Positions 7,319 to 15,632 of a stretch of 30,837 nt of DNA are shown here, one piece after another. The stretch covers positions 1 through 30,837 of the forward strand of contig DXJL01000118.1 in NCBI GenBank assembly GCA_019057635.1, read 5' to 3'. Position 1 is the first letter of the stretch, and every line of letters starts with the position of its first letter. The notes under the pieces are model-generated. The model worked only from the letters and a program-made list of their open reading frames with translations, made no database searches and was not told where the DNA came from. The stretch comes from Candidatus Heimdallarchaeota archaeon. Its GTDB lineage: Archaea; Asgardarchaeota; Heimdallarchaeia; Hodarchaeales; Hodarchaeaceae. The translations under genes were made by a program, and so were the position numbers.

Positions 7319-8404
7319 TCATCGAGTGATTCTAAATCCCATGACCGCATCACGTAATTCACGTAATTTGGAATTACTATCGAAAGCATTTCTTACGGGT
7401 TCAATAAGCTCATTCAAATAATAATTAACCCCATTTTTCAAGTCTGCAGGGTGTAAGTCTTTATTTAGATAAGCTTGTTCCAATTCTTCATAAGAATTAA
7501 AATCTAGATCTCCGCCGAATTTTTTGGGACGTTCAATCTTCATTTTCTCAAAGCTTTCAAAGATAAAATATTTCGTGTAATCAAGGATAGGATTATCTTC
7601 CACTCCTTCTGGACAGTAAGACTTGTTAATTTTTTTCTTAATTTGGGATTGAGTATCAGTCATAAAAATCGTGGCATCTGGTTTGGATTTGGACATCTTT
7701 AAATCCATAACTCGATCCTCTAGACTATCATAAGATTCCTTTGGAGTGTTAAGGCCTAATATCATATGATGAGAAATGACAATAGGTTTGGAATCGTATA
7801 GCTTTGGGCCCACTTCACGAGCCAACATGTTAACCTTGCGTTGATCCATTCCAAGTTGGCATACATCAAGGGGATTTCCATTGTCTAAATGAAAAATGTC
7901 TGCACATTGCATACAGGGGTATAAAATTTGAGATGCTTGTAATGCTTCTGATTGACTGCGGCCCATAATTTGAGCAGTCCTTAAAATGCGTTTAAGTGTG
8001 GAATTACGTGCAATTTGCATTACTTTCTTCCAATACTCATCATCTCGGACGAGATCTGAGGCCCAAATGAAATCTACATTCTTAAGATCCATACCAGTTA
8101 AACGCCAAACTTCAATCAGATATTCTCCTGTTGTTTGAATATTTTCAAGATTTCCTCCTAATTTGTTGTTTGCCCATGCATGCCAATCAGCAACCAACAT
8201 TTTAAACCGACCCCCGGCTTTAATCATTTTATTAACGTTGGTAGCACGGAGAATACCTTGTGCAATATGAACCTGACCACTTGGTTCGAATCCATCATAA
8301 GCGGTGAAGGTTTTCTTAGTTTTAAGTAATTCAGTTAACTCTTCTTCGGTTATAATTTCTTCTCCAACACTTTTTACAAGATTCAGTCTTTGTTGAACAT
8401 CCAT
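7319..8404 (-). CDS. tyrS: Tyrosine--tRNA ligase, archaeal/eukaryotic type
   Basis: AYDGFEPSGQVHIAQG (HIGH-like), ADWHA, YPCMQCADIF, GMDQRK, KMSKS; start moved to ATG 8404 because it follows a GGTGA SD (ORF track start 8416). Confidence 0.96.
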   Translation of the reverse strand: MDVQQRLNLVKSVGEEIITEEELTELLKTKKTFTAYDGFEPSGQVHIAQGILRATNVNKMIKAGGRFKMLVADWHAWANNKLGGNLENIQTTGEYLIEVWRLTGMDLKNVDFIWASDLVRDDEYWKKVMQIARNSTLKRILRTAQIMGRSQSEALQASQILYPCMQCADIFHLDNGNPLDVCQLGMDQRKVNMLAREVGPKLYDSKPIVISHHMILGLNTPKESYDSLEDRVMDLKMSKSKPDATIFMTDTQSQIKKKINKSYCPEGVEDNPILDYTKYFIFESFEKMKIERPKKFGGDLDFNSYEELEQAYLNKDLHPADLKNGVNYYLNELIEPVRNAFDSNSKLRELRDAVMGFRITR

Positions 8405-8531
8405 AGTCTTCACCAATAAAAGATTTAAATTTGTTTAATCACAAAAATCTTTTAACTTAACCTAACAAATAAACACTCTAATAGATCGCTTTTCTTACAA
8501 AGGGTTTTAGCATTACGATCAAAGAAGAATG

Positions 8532-9293
8532 TTAGAGCTTTTGCTGTGTATCTTTCCAACGATTGTTTGACCCTTTTTCTCCCCGATTTCTTAATTTTTT
8601 TGCTGGAAGACCAATCCACACTTCAGATGAAGGAATTTTTTGACCCTTTATTACACCTGATTTAGCACCAAGAATAGAATTGTCACCAAATTCAACACCA
8701 CACGCTACTATGCTATAGGTACCCACCATACAATTTTTTCCTATTTTAGTTGGACTAACAACAATGTTAGTGCCTTCATTCGCGTGTCCAGTCACTACGG
8801 AATTATATCCGATGAAAGAGTTGTCCCCTATCTCAACTAGTCCCGCAGTTTCAATGTATGTGCGAGTAGTAATATACACATTTTTTCCCACTTTTAATCC
8901 ATATAATCGCATCAATTGAGGAAACAATATGATTCCCCACACAAATGGAAGAGCTGTGTAGATTTTTAACATAGATTTGAATATCCCGTCTGCAGCTATA
9001 CGTACAGCGATTAATCTTCCAAGTGAGGAATAGCGGGGATAAATTCCTGGCTTAATAATAAAAGGTAAAGTTAATCGTACAACAATTTGCGAATGTACCA
9101 CCCCAAAGAAAAGTACAGTAATTGAGTAGGCTAAAAATAGATAAAATGGTGATAAAAGATACTGAATCAGTCCTAAATCTGGAGTTGTCACGAGAAAATA
9201 GAGTAACCACCCCTCTGGGAAGAAAGAAATAACAAGAACGATACAGGTGAGAGCAAAGTAAATGACAATACGCAAATCATTCAGTACTGACAT
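8532..9293 (-). CDS. Membrane-anchored acyltransferase with left-handed beta-helix hexapeptide repeats
   Basis: N-terminal TM helices; GLKVGKNVYI, VEIGDNSFIG...TGH, TKIGKNCMVG, WIGLPAK. Confidence 0.85.
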   Translation of the reverse strand: MSVLNDLRIVIYFALTCIVLVISFFPEGWLLYFLVTTPDLGLIQYLLSPFYLFLAYSITVLFFGVVHSQIVVRLTLPFIIKPGIYPRYSSLGRLIAVRIAADGIFKSMLKIYTALPFVWGIILFPQLMRLYGLKVGKNVYITTRTYIETAGLVEIGDNSFIGYNSVVTGHANEGTNIVVSPTKIGKNCMVGTYSIVACGVEFGDNSILGAKSGVIKGQKIPSSEVWIGLPAKKLRNRGEKGSNNRWKDTQQKL

Positions 9294-9374
9294 ATTTATA
9301 TTCTTTTGAGTCTCAATTATAATTCTTGAGATACTTCACTAAACATTTAATTTTTTAAGTGAAATCATATCTAT

Positions 9375-9648
9375 GGAATTCAACTCTGCTACTTGTGATT
9401 GTCATGAAGAAACTGCAGATGTTTTCTCTGGAATATCCGAGTTTGCAAGTAACGATCAGTGGAATCTTTACTGCCTCAACCACAGGTGCCATTAATGAAA
9501 TTAAGAAATTTGAAAGCCCTCCAACCTAGAATAGTACCAATGCATTGTGCTGTGGCGATCACCGAAAGGATTTTGTAAGAAAATATTAGAGGCGTTTCCT
9601 AACACAAAGTGTATAATTCCAAAAAAGGGGAAAACAATATCTTATTAA
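9375..9648 (+). pseudogene. Frameshifted C-terminal remnant of an MBL-fold metallo-hydrolase (Lactamase_B_3/UlaG-like)
   Basis: Reconstructed across about 4 frameshifts: GIQLCYL / DCHEETADVF / VTISGIFTASTTGAINEIKK / LKALQPRIVPMHC / FCKKILEAFPNTKCIIPKKGKTISY*. Confidence 0.6.
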
Positions 9649-9663
9649 TTCGGTGGAAATAAA

Positions 9664-10437
9664 ATGCATATTCAATTAGTATTTAACGTATGGGAAAGTA
9701 AAGCATTTATTGCTAAAGCAATAATGAACCATCCTGATATCCAACAACATTTAACGACTGGAACGATTGCGATTGGGCGAGGTATAACAAACGCATTCAT
9801 TCTTCGTGAGTTCTTGAACGCTACTGGAAATTCTGATTTCGAAATTGATATTGATAATTATGTTGCAGGTGTTATTGATGGAACTTTATGGGTTTCAGAT
9901 TCTGATACACGGACACCAGAGGTTGTTTTTCGGCAGGGTAAACCTAATTTTGAACCCATTGCTGAATCAGTTAATTCGTGTGATCTTATAATTAAAGGTG
10001 GAAACGCCTTAGGTACGGATTGGGTCGCAGGAGTTCTTTGTGCACATCCCCAGGGCGGAACAATTGGCTCTGTATATTCGATTGCCATTTCAAGGGGAAT
10101 AAAAATTCTAGTACCGATCTCACTGCAAAAAACCATTCCGTTTGCAGTCACTGAAATAACACCTGAACTTGGAGGACAAGGAAAAATAGATTTTGCACGT
10201 GGACTACCAGTCAGCTTATTTCCTATTGTTGGTGGGGAAATTTTTTCGGAAATTGAAGCGATGGACACAATTGCAACAGTCAATGTGTATCCGATTGCCG
10301 CAGGAGGAGTCTATAAAGGTGCTGGAGCGTCTGTGTTTGAAATAAGTGGTTCAAGTTCTGAAGTACAAAAAGTCAAGGATTTATTCGAAAAAATTGAAGA
10401 CACAGAACCTTTGAATGTTAAATTAAAACCTCATTGA
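9664..10437 (+). CDS. Conserved uncharacterised protein, possibly NagB/RpiA/CoA-transferase-like fold
   Basis: IAIGRGITNA, IIKGGNALG...AGV...GGTIG...VPISLQK, PIAAGGVYKGAGA; 18 bp upstream of the GH130 gene. Confidence 0.65.
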   Translation: MHIQLVFNVWESKAFIAKAIMNHPDIQQHLTTGTIAIGRGITNAFILREFLNATGNSDFEIDIDNYVAGVIDGTLWVSDSDTRTPEVVFRQGKPNFEPIAESVNSCDLIIKGGNALGTDWVAGVLCAHPQGGTIGSVYSIAISRGIKILVPISLQKTIPFAVTEITPELGGQGKIDFARGLPVSLFPIVGGEIFSEIEAMDTIATVNVYPIAAGGVYKGAGASVFEISGSSSEVQKVKDLFEKIEDTEPLNVKLKPH

Positions 10438-10455
10438 TGGTATTAAGGGAAGAAT

Positions 10456-11394
10456 ATGAAAAAATATGATATTATACAACGGTATGAGAACAATCCTATT
10501 CTTACTAAACACGACATTCCATATCAGGTTGAAACTGTACATAATGCAGGGGTTACTAAATATAAAGATAAGTACATAATGATCTTCAGATCGCATTTAA
10601 GGACAGGAAGATCTATAATTGGAATAGCTGAAAGTATAAATGGGTACGATTTTTCAGTAAGAGAAACACCTTTTATGATACCCTCAGAACAACCGTATTT
10701 CAAAGACTATGAGGAATACGGTGTTGAAGATCCAAGAATAACTAAAATTGATGATGTGTACTACATTACATACTCTGCATATTCAAAATTTGGAGTGAGG
10801 ATTGGCCTTGCGAAGACAATCGATTTTCAAACTGTGGATCGAGTCGCTTTTATTACTCAAGCTGATTACAGGAATACCGTTATATTTCCTGAAAAGATCA
10901 ATGGTGAATATGTAAAACTTGATAGACCCCATTCTGATATAAGCCCTTGGAGTATATGGATAAGTTACTCTCCTGACCTTCTCTATTGGGGTAAATCCAA
11001 AGTTATAATGAAGCCTGTCAAGTATCACTGGGATGAAATGAAAATAGGTGCTGGAGCACCTCCTATAAAAACTGCCAAAGGATGGCTGAATATATATCAT
11101 GGAGTTTTTCCAACAATGGATGGCTCAGTATATCGGTTAGGGGTTGCTTTGCATGACTTGGAAGATCCATCCATTCTACTTGGTATTGGTGACGAATGGA
11201 TTTTACAACCAGAAGATCCTTGGGAAGTAACAGGATATGTTCACAATGTTGTTTTCACGTGTGGAGCTGTACCTGAACCTAATGGGGAAGTAAAGATATA
11301 TTGGGGGGGTGCTGATACAGTTATGTGTGTTGGTACTGCGAGTATAAATACGCTAGTTGATCTGTGCTTATCAAAATCACGTAAACCATATTAA
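10456..11394 (+). CDS. GH130 beta-mannoside phosphorylase (DUF377 family)
   Basis: NPIL, HNAG, YGVEDPRIT, YYITYSA, RNTVIFPEKING, LDRP, SPDLLYWG, KIGAGAPPIKT..GWL..YHGV, GYVHNVVFTCG, YWGGADT. Confidence 0.92.
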   Translation: MKKYDIIQRYENNPILTKHDIPYQVETVHNAGVTKYKDKYIMIFRSHLRTGRSIIGIAESINGYDFSVRETPFMIPSEQPYFKDYEEYGVEDPRITKIDDVYYITYSAYSKFGVRIGLAKTIDFQTVDRVAFITQADYRNTVIFPEKINGEYVKLDRPHSDISPWSIWISYSPDLLYWGKSKVIMKPVKYHWDEMKIGAGAPPIKTAKGWLNIYHGVFPTMDGSVYRLGVALHDLEDPSILLGIGDEWILQPEDPWEVTGYVHNVVFTCGAVPEPNGEVKIYWGGADTVMCVGTASINTLVDLCLSKSRKPY

Positions 11395-11426
11395 TATGAT
11401 GTTGGAAGGACATCATTCTTTTGGAC

Positions 11427-12107
11427 TCAAGTAAAACTCGAGAGGTCTAAATCTGCATAGGACTCAATTACTTGATCTGAAATCTCAAGTACGTTTTTTG
11501 GAAAAGAAGTTGTTATTGCAATAACATACATACCAGCTTGTTTTGCAGCTGTAATACCAGCAGGAGTATCCTCAATCACAATACATTCGGAAGGATTAAC
11601 ATTTAGTTGTTTCGCGGCTTTTAAAAAAATATCTGGGAATGGCTTACTCCGTAAACCCTTTTCTGCTCCTGTTATGGAATCAAACGAATCCTCTAAAAAT
11701 ACTTGTTGAAGATTGAATTGTATTTTGGTTAGTGAACCTGATGAGGCCACGCCAACCTTCCATTTTAGCTTTCTAGCTTGATCGATAAGAGTATCAATCC
11801 CTGGGACTTTGGTTAATTTATTTTCTGCAATCTCTAAGTATACTTGATCTTTTAACTTAATTAGATACTGAATTATCTCTTCTGATCCAGAGAGATTAAA
11901 CTGGCTGAAATAATGTTTTACGGATTCTCTTGATGTACCGCCCATAATAGCCTCATAACTTGTCCCTATATCAACTTCATATTCCTGATCAAACACTATA
12001 TTCCAAGCTCCACAGCTTAATGGCTCGGAATCTACTATTACCCCATCACAATCAAGAATTAACGCAGAGATATGATTTTTAAATCCTTGGACTTTGTCAC
12101 TCTTCAT
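11427..12107 (-). CDS. HAD-superfamily phosphatase (beta-phosphoglucomutase-like)
   Basis: LILDCDGVIVDSE, VASSG, KPFPDIFL, VIEDTPAGITAAKQAGM. Confidence 0.92.
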   Translation of the reverse strand: MKSDKVQGFKNHISALILDCDGVIVDSEPLSCGAWNIVFDQEYEVDIGTSYEAIMGGTSRESVKHYFSQFNLSGSEEIIQYLIKLKDQVYLEIAENKLTKVPGIDTLIDQARKLKWKVGVASSGSLTKIQFNLQQVFLEDSFDSITGAEKGLRSKPFPDIFLKAAKQLNVNPSECIVIEDTPAGITAAKQAGMYVIAITTSFPKNVLEISDQVIESYADLDLSSFT

Positions 12108-12123
12108 ATTGGTGTATGAATAT

Positions 12124-12325
12124 TCAAAGATTCATTAATGCTGTGGTTATCCTCCCTAGAATTTCATCAACGTCATTTTCTGTCACGACAAGTGGATGTA
12201 AGTACTTAAAGAAACAAGAAACCAATCTGTTTGAAATAGGATACTTTCGGTTCTGAAACATATTTGGCATACAAATCTACAAAAGAGCTTTGATCTTTTG
12301 TCTCAAAAATCTTGTTATCTTGCAT
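12124..12325 (-). pseudogene. Class III PLP aminotransferase with large internal deletion (N- and C-termini joined out of frame)
   Basis: 12325-12206: MQDNKIFETKDQSSFVDLYAKYVSEPKVSYFKQIGFLFL*; 12210-12124 in another frame: FKYLHPLVVTENDVDEILGRITTALMNL*, matching the '..F.PPLVVT..DVDEIL..L..AL' terminus of class III aminotransferases. Confidence 0.65.
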
Positions 12326-12374
12326 AGATCTTTACTATAATGCCTCAGAATAAAGTCTATTGGACCCCTTTGTT

Positions 12375-13334
12375 TCACAGTCCATATGCCACAAGAAGAG
12401 CAGGAGAATATAACAATCCAAAAATCACCGCTCCTCCACCACTTGTGATAATAATGGTTCTATACAGTAATAAAGCTCCCTCTTGATCCTGTCTACTTAA
12501 TAAATTATAAACGGCAATAATTTCAATTATACCAAGGATGAAAGGCGTCCAATTAGAGATCAAAATACCAATATTCATTAGATGAAGATTTAGGACAATT
12601 AACAAGAACACTCGTATGATTACTATACTAGCAGTTAAATATCGTGCTTTTTTTTTCCCAAGGAAAACAGCTGTTGTTTTATCCCCTATTTTTTGATCTG
12701 TATCAAAGTCTATTAACATGGTCGGTAAATGGATTCCAGAAATTAATATTATGTTCAATATAATACCTAGTCCTATCAGGTTAAACTCAACAAGAGTGGA
12801 GGGGCCTAAAAGTCCAATAAAGAATGGAATGAATAGTCCAACTATTAGAAAAGTAACTAAAATATCTAAAATCGGTCGAGCTTTGAATTTAAATGGGGGA
12901 ACTGAATACAATATAGAACCTGTCATCCCTATGGTAAAAGTAATGAATCCTAAAAACAATTTTTGTTGAGATAAAGAATTTGGAACCATTATTAGGTTTA
13001 AAGGAATCAGCAGCGTCCAAATTAGTATTATCCAGATAATTATGTGATGCTTTTGTAGTTGACTGGAATTTGTGAGAGGATTTCGAAGAGATAAGCCTCG
13101 TGGATTCAGTGCATCACTTTGTTTATCATAGTATCCATTTAAGCTAAAATGGCCCATACTAAATAGGAAAATTGACACGGAACTTGTTATTAATGAGCCG
13201 ATTGGTAGTTGATAGAGTAGAGCTACCATTAGAGCCACTTGGGAAAAAATAAAACCCCATTCTGGGCGAGATAACAAGAGTAACTGCCAAATACATTTTC
13301 TTATAGTTAGGACATTGATATTCTCTTTTCTCAT
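12375..13334 (-). CDS. UbiA-family prenyltransferase (lycopene-elongase/COG0382-like)
   Basis: SRP, LNGYYDKQSDALNPR, LYSVPPFKFKARPILD, LIDFDTDQKIGDKTTA; about 9 TM helices. Confidence 0.88.
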   Translation of the reverse strand: MRKENINVLTIRKCIWQLLLLSRPEWGFIFSQVALMVALLYQLPIGSLITSSVSIFLFSMGHFSLNGYYDKQSDALNPRGLSLRNPLTNSSQLQKHHIIIWIILIWTLLIPLNLIMVPNSLSQQKLFLGFITFTIGMTGSILYSVPPFKFKARPILDILVTFLIVGLFIPFFIGLLGPSTLVEFNLIGLGIILNIILISGIHLPTMLIDFDTDQKIGDKTTAVFLGKKKARYLTASIVIIRVFLLIVLNLHLMNIGILISNWTPFILGIIEIIAVYNLLSRQDQEGALLLYRTIIITSGGGAVIFGLLYSPALLVAYGL

Positions 13335-13524
13335 CAGGAAAATCTAAAATTTTAACTATTTAAATCTATAATATAGCTGATTAGAGTCATTGGTTGTATT
13401 ATGCTGAAAAAATGTAAAGGGAATTATAGATTCCCTGGAAAAATAGAAAAAGGTTTAGCTTTTCGAACTACCATTAAGCAAACCTATAAAAATAAAAATG
13501 TAAGAGAATTACATAATCATTTTT

Positions 13525-14193
13525 ATGGTGAAAATGCTGATGAGATTCGGTCCAACTTCTTTTTCTGATGATACAGAACTTACTAAGCCTTTAACCTCTT
13601 TCGGCCCTCTAGTTGCTCGTGGTAATCTTTATGCTTCGGAGATAAAAACTAATGGTCCTTGTTCAATAGGAGAGAACTTAGAGATAGATTTATTACTAAA
13701 GGTGAATGGTCCTCTAGTTGTAAAAGGATCTTTAACCTGTCACAAAGAGGCGGCTGCCAAAGTTAATGGCCCTGTAAACATCAATAATGGCATCATTGGT
13801 GGAAAAATCAAAATAAATGGCCCATTGAAAGCACGGTATGTAGAAGTCAATAATTTCAAGGTGAATGGACCATTAACCGTTGAGGAAGACATTATAGCTG
13901 AAGAAAATATTATTATTGGAGTAGGACGGTCAAGCAAAGGACGTGAAGGTCAATCTGTGTCGGTAGGAGGAGTTATTGCAGCGCCAGTAATTCGGATCAC
14001 CAATTATTCTTCTATGTTTTCAGCTGCTAAAATCATTAAAAAAGTAATAGGATTAAAGGATAACTTTGAAAGAGTATTAATTCTTGAAAATCTAAAATTT
14101 AAAGCTAATAAATTGGAGTTAGAGGGAATCGAACTAGAAAATTGCGACACAACTGAAGTTGGAGAAATTTTACAGATTCATTCTAAAAAATAA
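13525..14193 (+). CDS. Bactofilin-like (polymer-forming) right-handed beta-helix protein
   Basis: Seven roughly 16-19-aa repeats centred on (K)(V/I/T)NGP(L/V/C) or FGP, with alternating hydrophobic beta pattern; true start possibly ATG 13540 after GGTGA. Confidence 0.6.
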   Translation: MVKMLMRFGPTSFSDDTELTKPLTSFGPLVARGNLYASEIKTNGPCSIGENLEIDLLLKVNGPLVVKGSLTCHKEAAAKVNGPVNINNGIIGGKIKINGPLKARYVEVNNFKVNGPLTVEEDIIAEENIIIGVGRSSKGREGQSVSVGGVIAAPVIRITNYSSMFSAAKIIKKVIGLKDNFERVLILENLKFKANKLELEGIELENCDTTEVGEILQIHSKK

Positions 14194-14285
14194 GTAACAA
14201 GAATTTATCTTTTTCCCATTTGTTTTTCAATGAATGTTTTTTATTAACAATCGAAAATTCCTATATGCTTTCTTGATACAGGGAG

Positions 14286-14332
14286 GAGAAAAATTTAAAT
14301 ATTCACATCATCCTTTCACTTAGGCGGATGAT
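14286..14332 (+). promoter_or_regulatory. BRE/TATA promoter of the ABC operon with overlapping inverted repeat
   Basis: GAGAAAAA-TTTAAATA (TATA 14294-14301), then ATCATCC-N12-GGATGAT (14307-14332) before ATG 14338. Confidence 0.55.
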
Positions 14333-14337
14333 AGTTT

Positions 14338-15501
14338 ATGTCAAACATGAAAAATAGTCGAGTTTTATTAATATGTGTAGTTTTAGTAGGTGTCGTCCTG
14401 CTATCTGGTTGTACTACAACTAGTAGTGGCAAGATTAAGGCAGGATTTATCTATGTTGGTCCTATTGGCGATTATGGGTGGACTAATGCCCATGATGAGG
14501 GTAGAACTATCGTAGAAGATAAATATGACTGGTTAGAAACAGTTTATATTGAAAGTGTTGCAGAGGACACTGCGAGTGTAGTCGCAGCGGCTGATACACT
14601 GGTAGAAGTGGAACAATGTGATGTAATATTCACAACATCCTTTGGATTTATGGATGGTACGCTAGCAGCTGCTGAAAAATACCCCGATGTGTTATTTTTC
14701 CACTGTTCAGGATTTATGAGAGATGTGAATGTTGGCAATTATTTTGCTGATTTTTACCAGCTTTATTACCTTAATGGGTTGATGGCTGGCGCCCTAAGTC
14801 CAAGTGGTGAACTCGGATATGTTGGCGCTTTTCCAATACCTGAAGTTATTCGTCATATCAATGCATTTACGTTAGGGGCTCGAGCCGTAAACGCAACAGC
14901 TACCGTTGACGTTCGTTGGATTTACAGCTGGTACGATCCTACATTAGCAACTAATGCCGCAGATGCACTTGTGGCTGATGGTGTCGATATGCTTGCATTT
15001 ACTGAAGATTCTCCTGCAGTGATTCAAGCAGCAGAAAAGTATGATGATGTTTATGCTTTTAGTCATTATTCACCCATGCAATACTATGGGAATGACAGTA
15101 CAATTTCTGGTCAATTAGTCCATTGGGATATCTTATATGATGAGATTTTGTCAAAAGTAAATGATGGAACATATAACAATACCAATTTAGCTGATGTTGA
15201 CTATCTCTGGTTCCTTAAAGAAGACGCAGTAGAATTAGGTGGGCTTTTTGGTGTTCCAATAAATACCATATTTGAGGATGATCTGAAAGCAGTTGATGTC
15301 AGTGGTGAAACAGCCTACGCACTTGTGATGCGCCGTCTGGATGAGATGGATGGACCTACTGTTACATTCGACCCCTTTACCGGTCCGATTAAGGCCCAAA
15401 ACGGCACCATAATGTTTGCTGATGGAGTACAAGCAACAATACCTGATCTGTTTGCATTTATGGACTGGTTTGTTGAAGGAGTTATTGGTTCACCTTCTTA
15501 G
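14338..15501 (+). CDS. BMP-family ABC substrate-binding lipoprotein (purine/nucleoside)
   Basis: Signal peptide with lipobox LLSGC; GFIYVGPIGDYGWTNAHDEGR, TTSFGFMD, PIPEVIRHINAFTLGA, WIYSWYDP. Confidence 0.93.
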   Translation: MSNMKNSRVLLICVVLVGVVLLSGCTTTSSGKIKAGFIYVGPIGDYGWTNAHDEGRTIVEDKYDWLETVYIESVAEDTASVVAAADTLVEVEQCDVIFTTSFGFMDGTLAAAEKYPDVLFFHCSGFMRDVNVGNYFADFYQLYYLNGLMAGALSPSGELGYVGAFPIPEVIRHINAFTLGARAVNATATVDVRWIYSWYDPTLATNAADALVADGVDMLAFTEDSPAVIQAAEKYDDVYAFSHYSPMQYYGNDSTISGQLVHWDILYDEILSKVNDGTYNNTNLADVDYLWFLKEDAVELGGLFGVPINTIFEDDLKAVDVSGETAYALVMRRLDEMDGPTVTFDPFTGPIKAQNGTIMFADGVQATIPDLFAFMDWFVEGVIGSPS

Positions 15502-15507
15502 AAAGTC

Positions 15508-15541
15508 AAATAGGGAAATTTTCCCTTCTATTTTTTTTTTT
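15508..15541 (+). terminator. Hairpin plus poly-T terminator/attenuator after the BMP gene
   Basis: AGGGAA/TTCCCT stem followed by an 11-T run (15531-15541). Confidence 0.65.
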
Positions 15542-15632
15542 ATTAATTCATCACAATTGGTAGGAATGTCTATATACTCTCACATTTGATATTCTATTTC
15601 ACTAATAGCGTTGGAATTGAAGAGGAACTATT

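Noticed and set aside
13401-13568. 55-aa ORF MLKKCKGNYRFPG... overlapping the bactofilin-like start
   Set aside because: No SD, no motif, runs through the promoter region; likely chance
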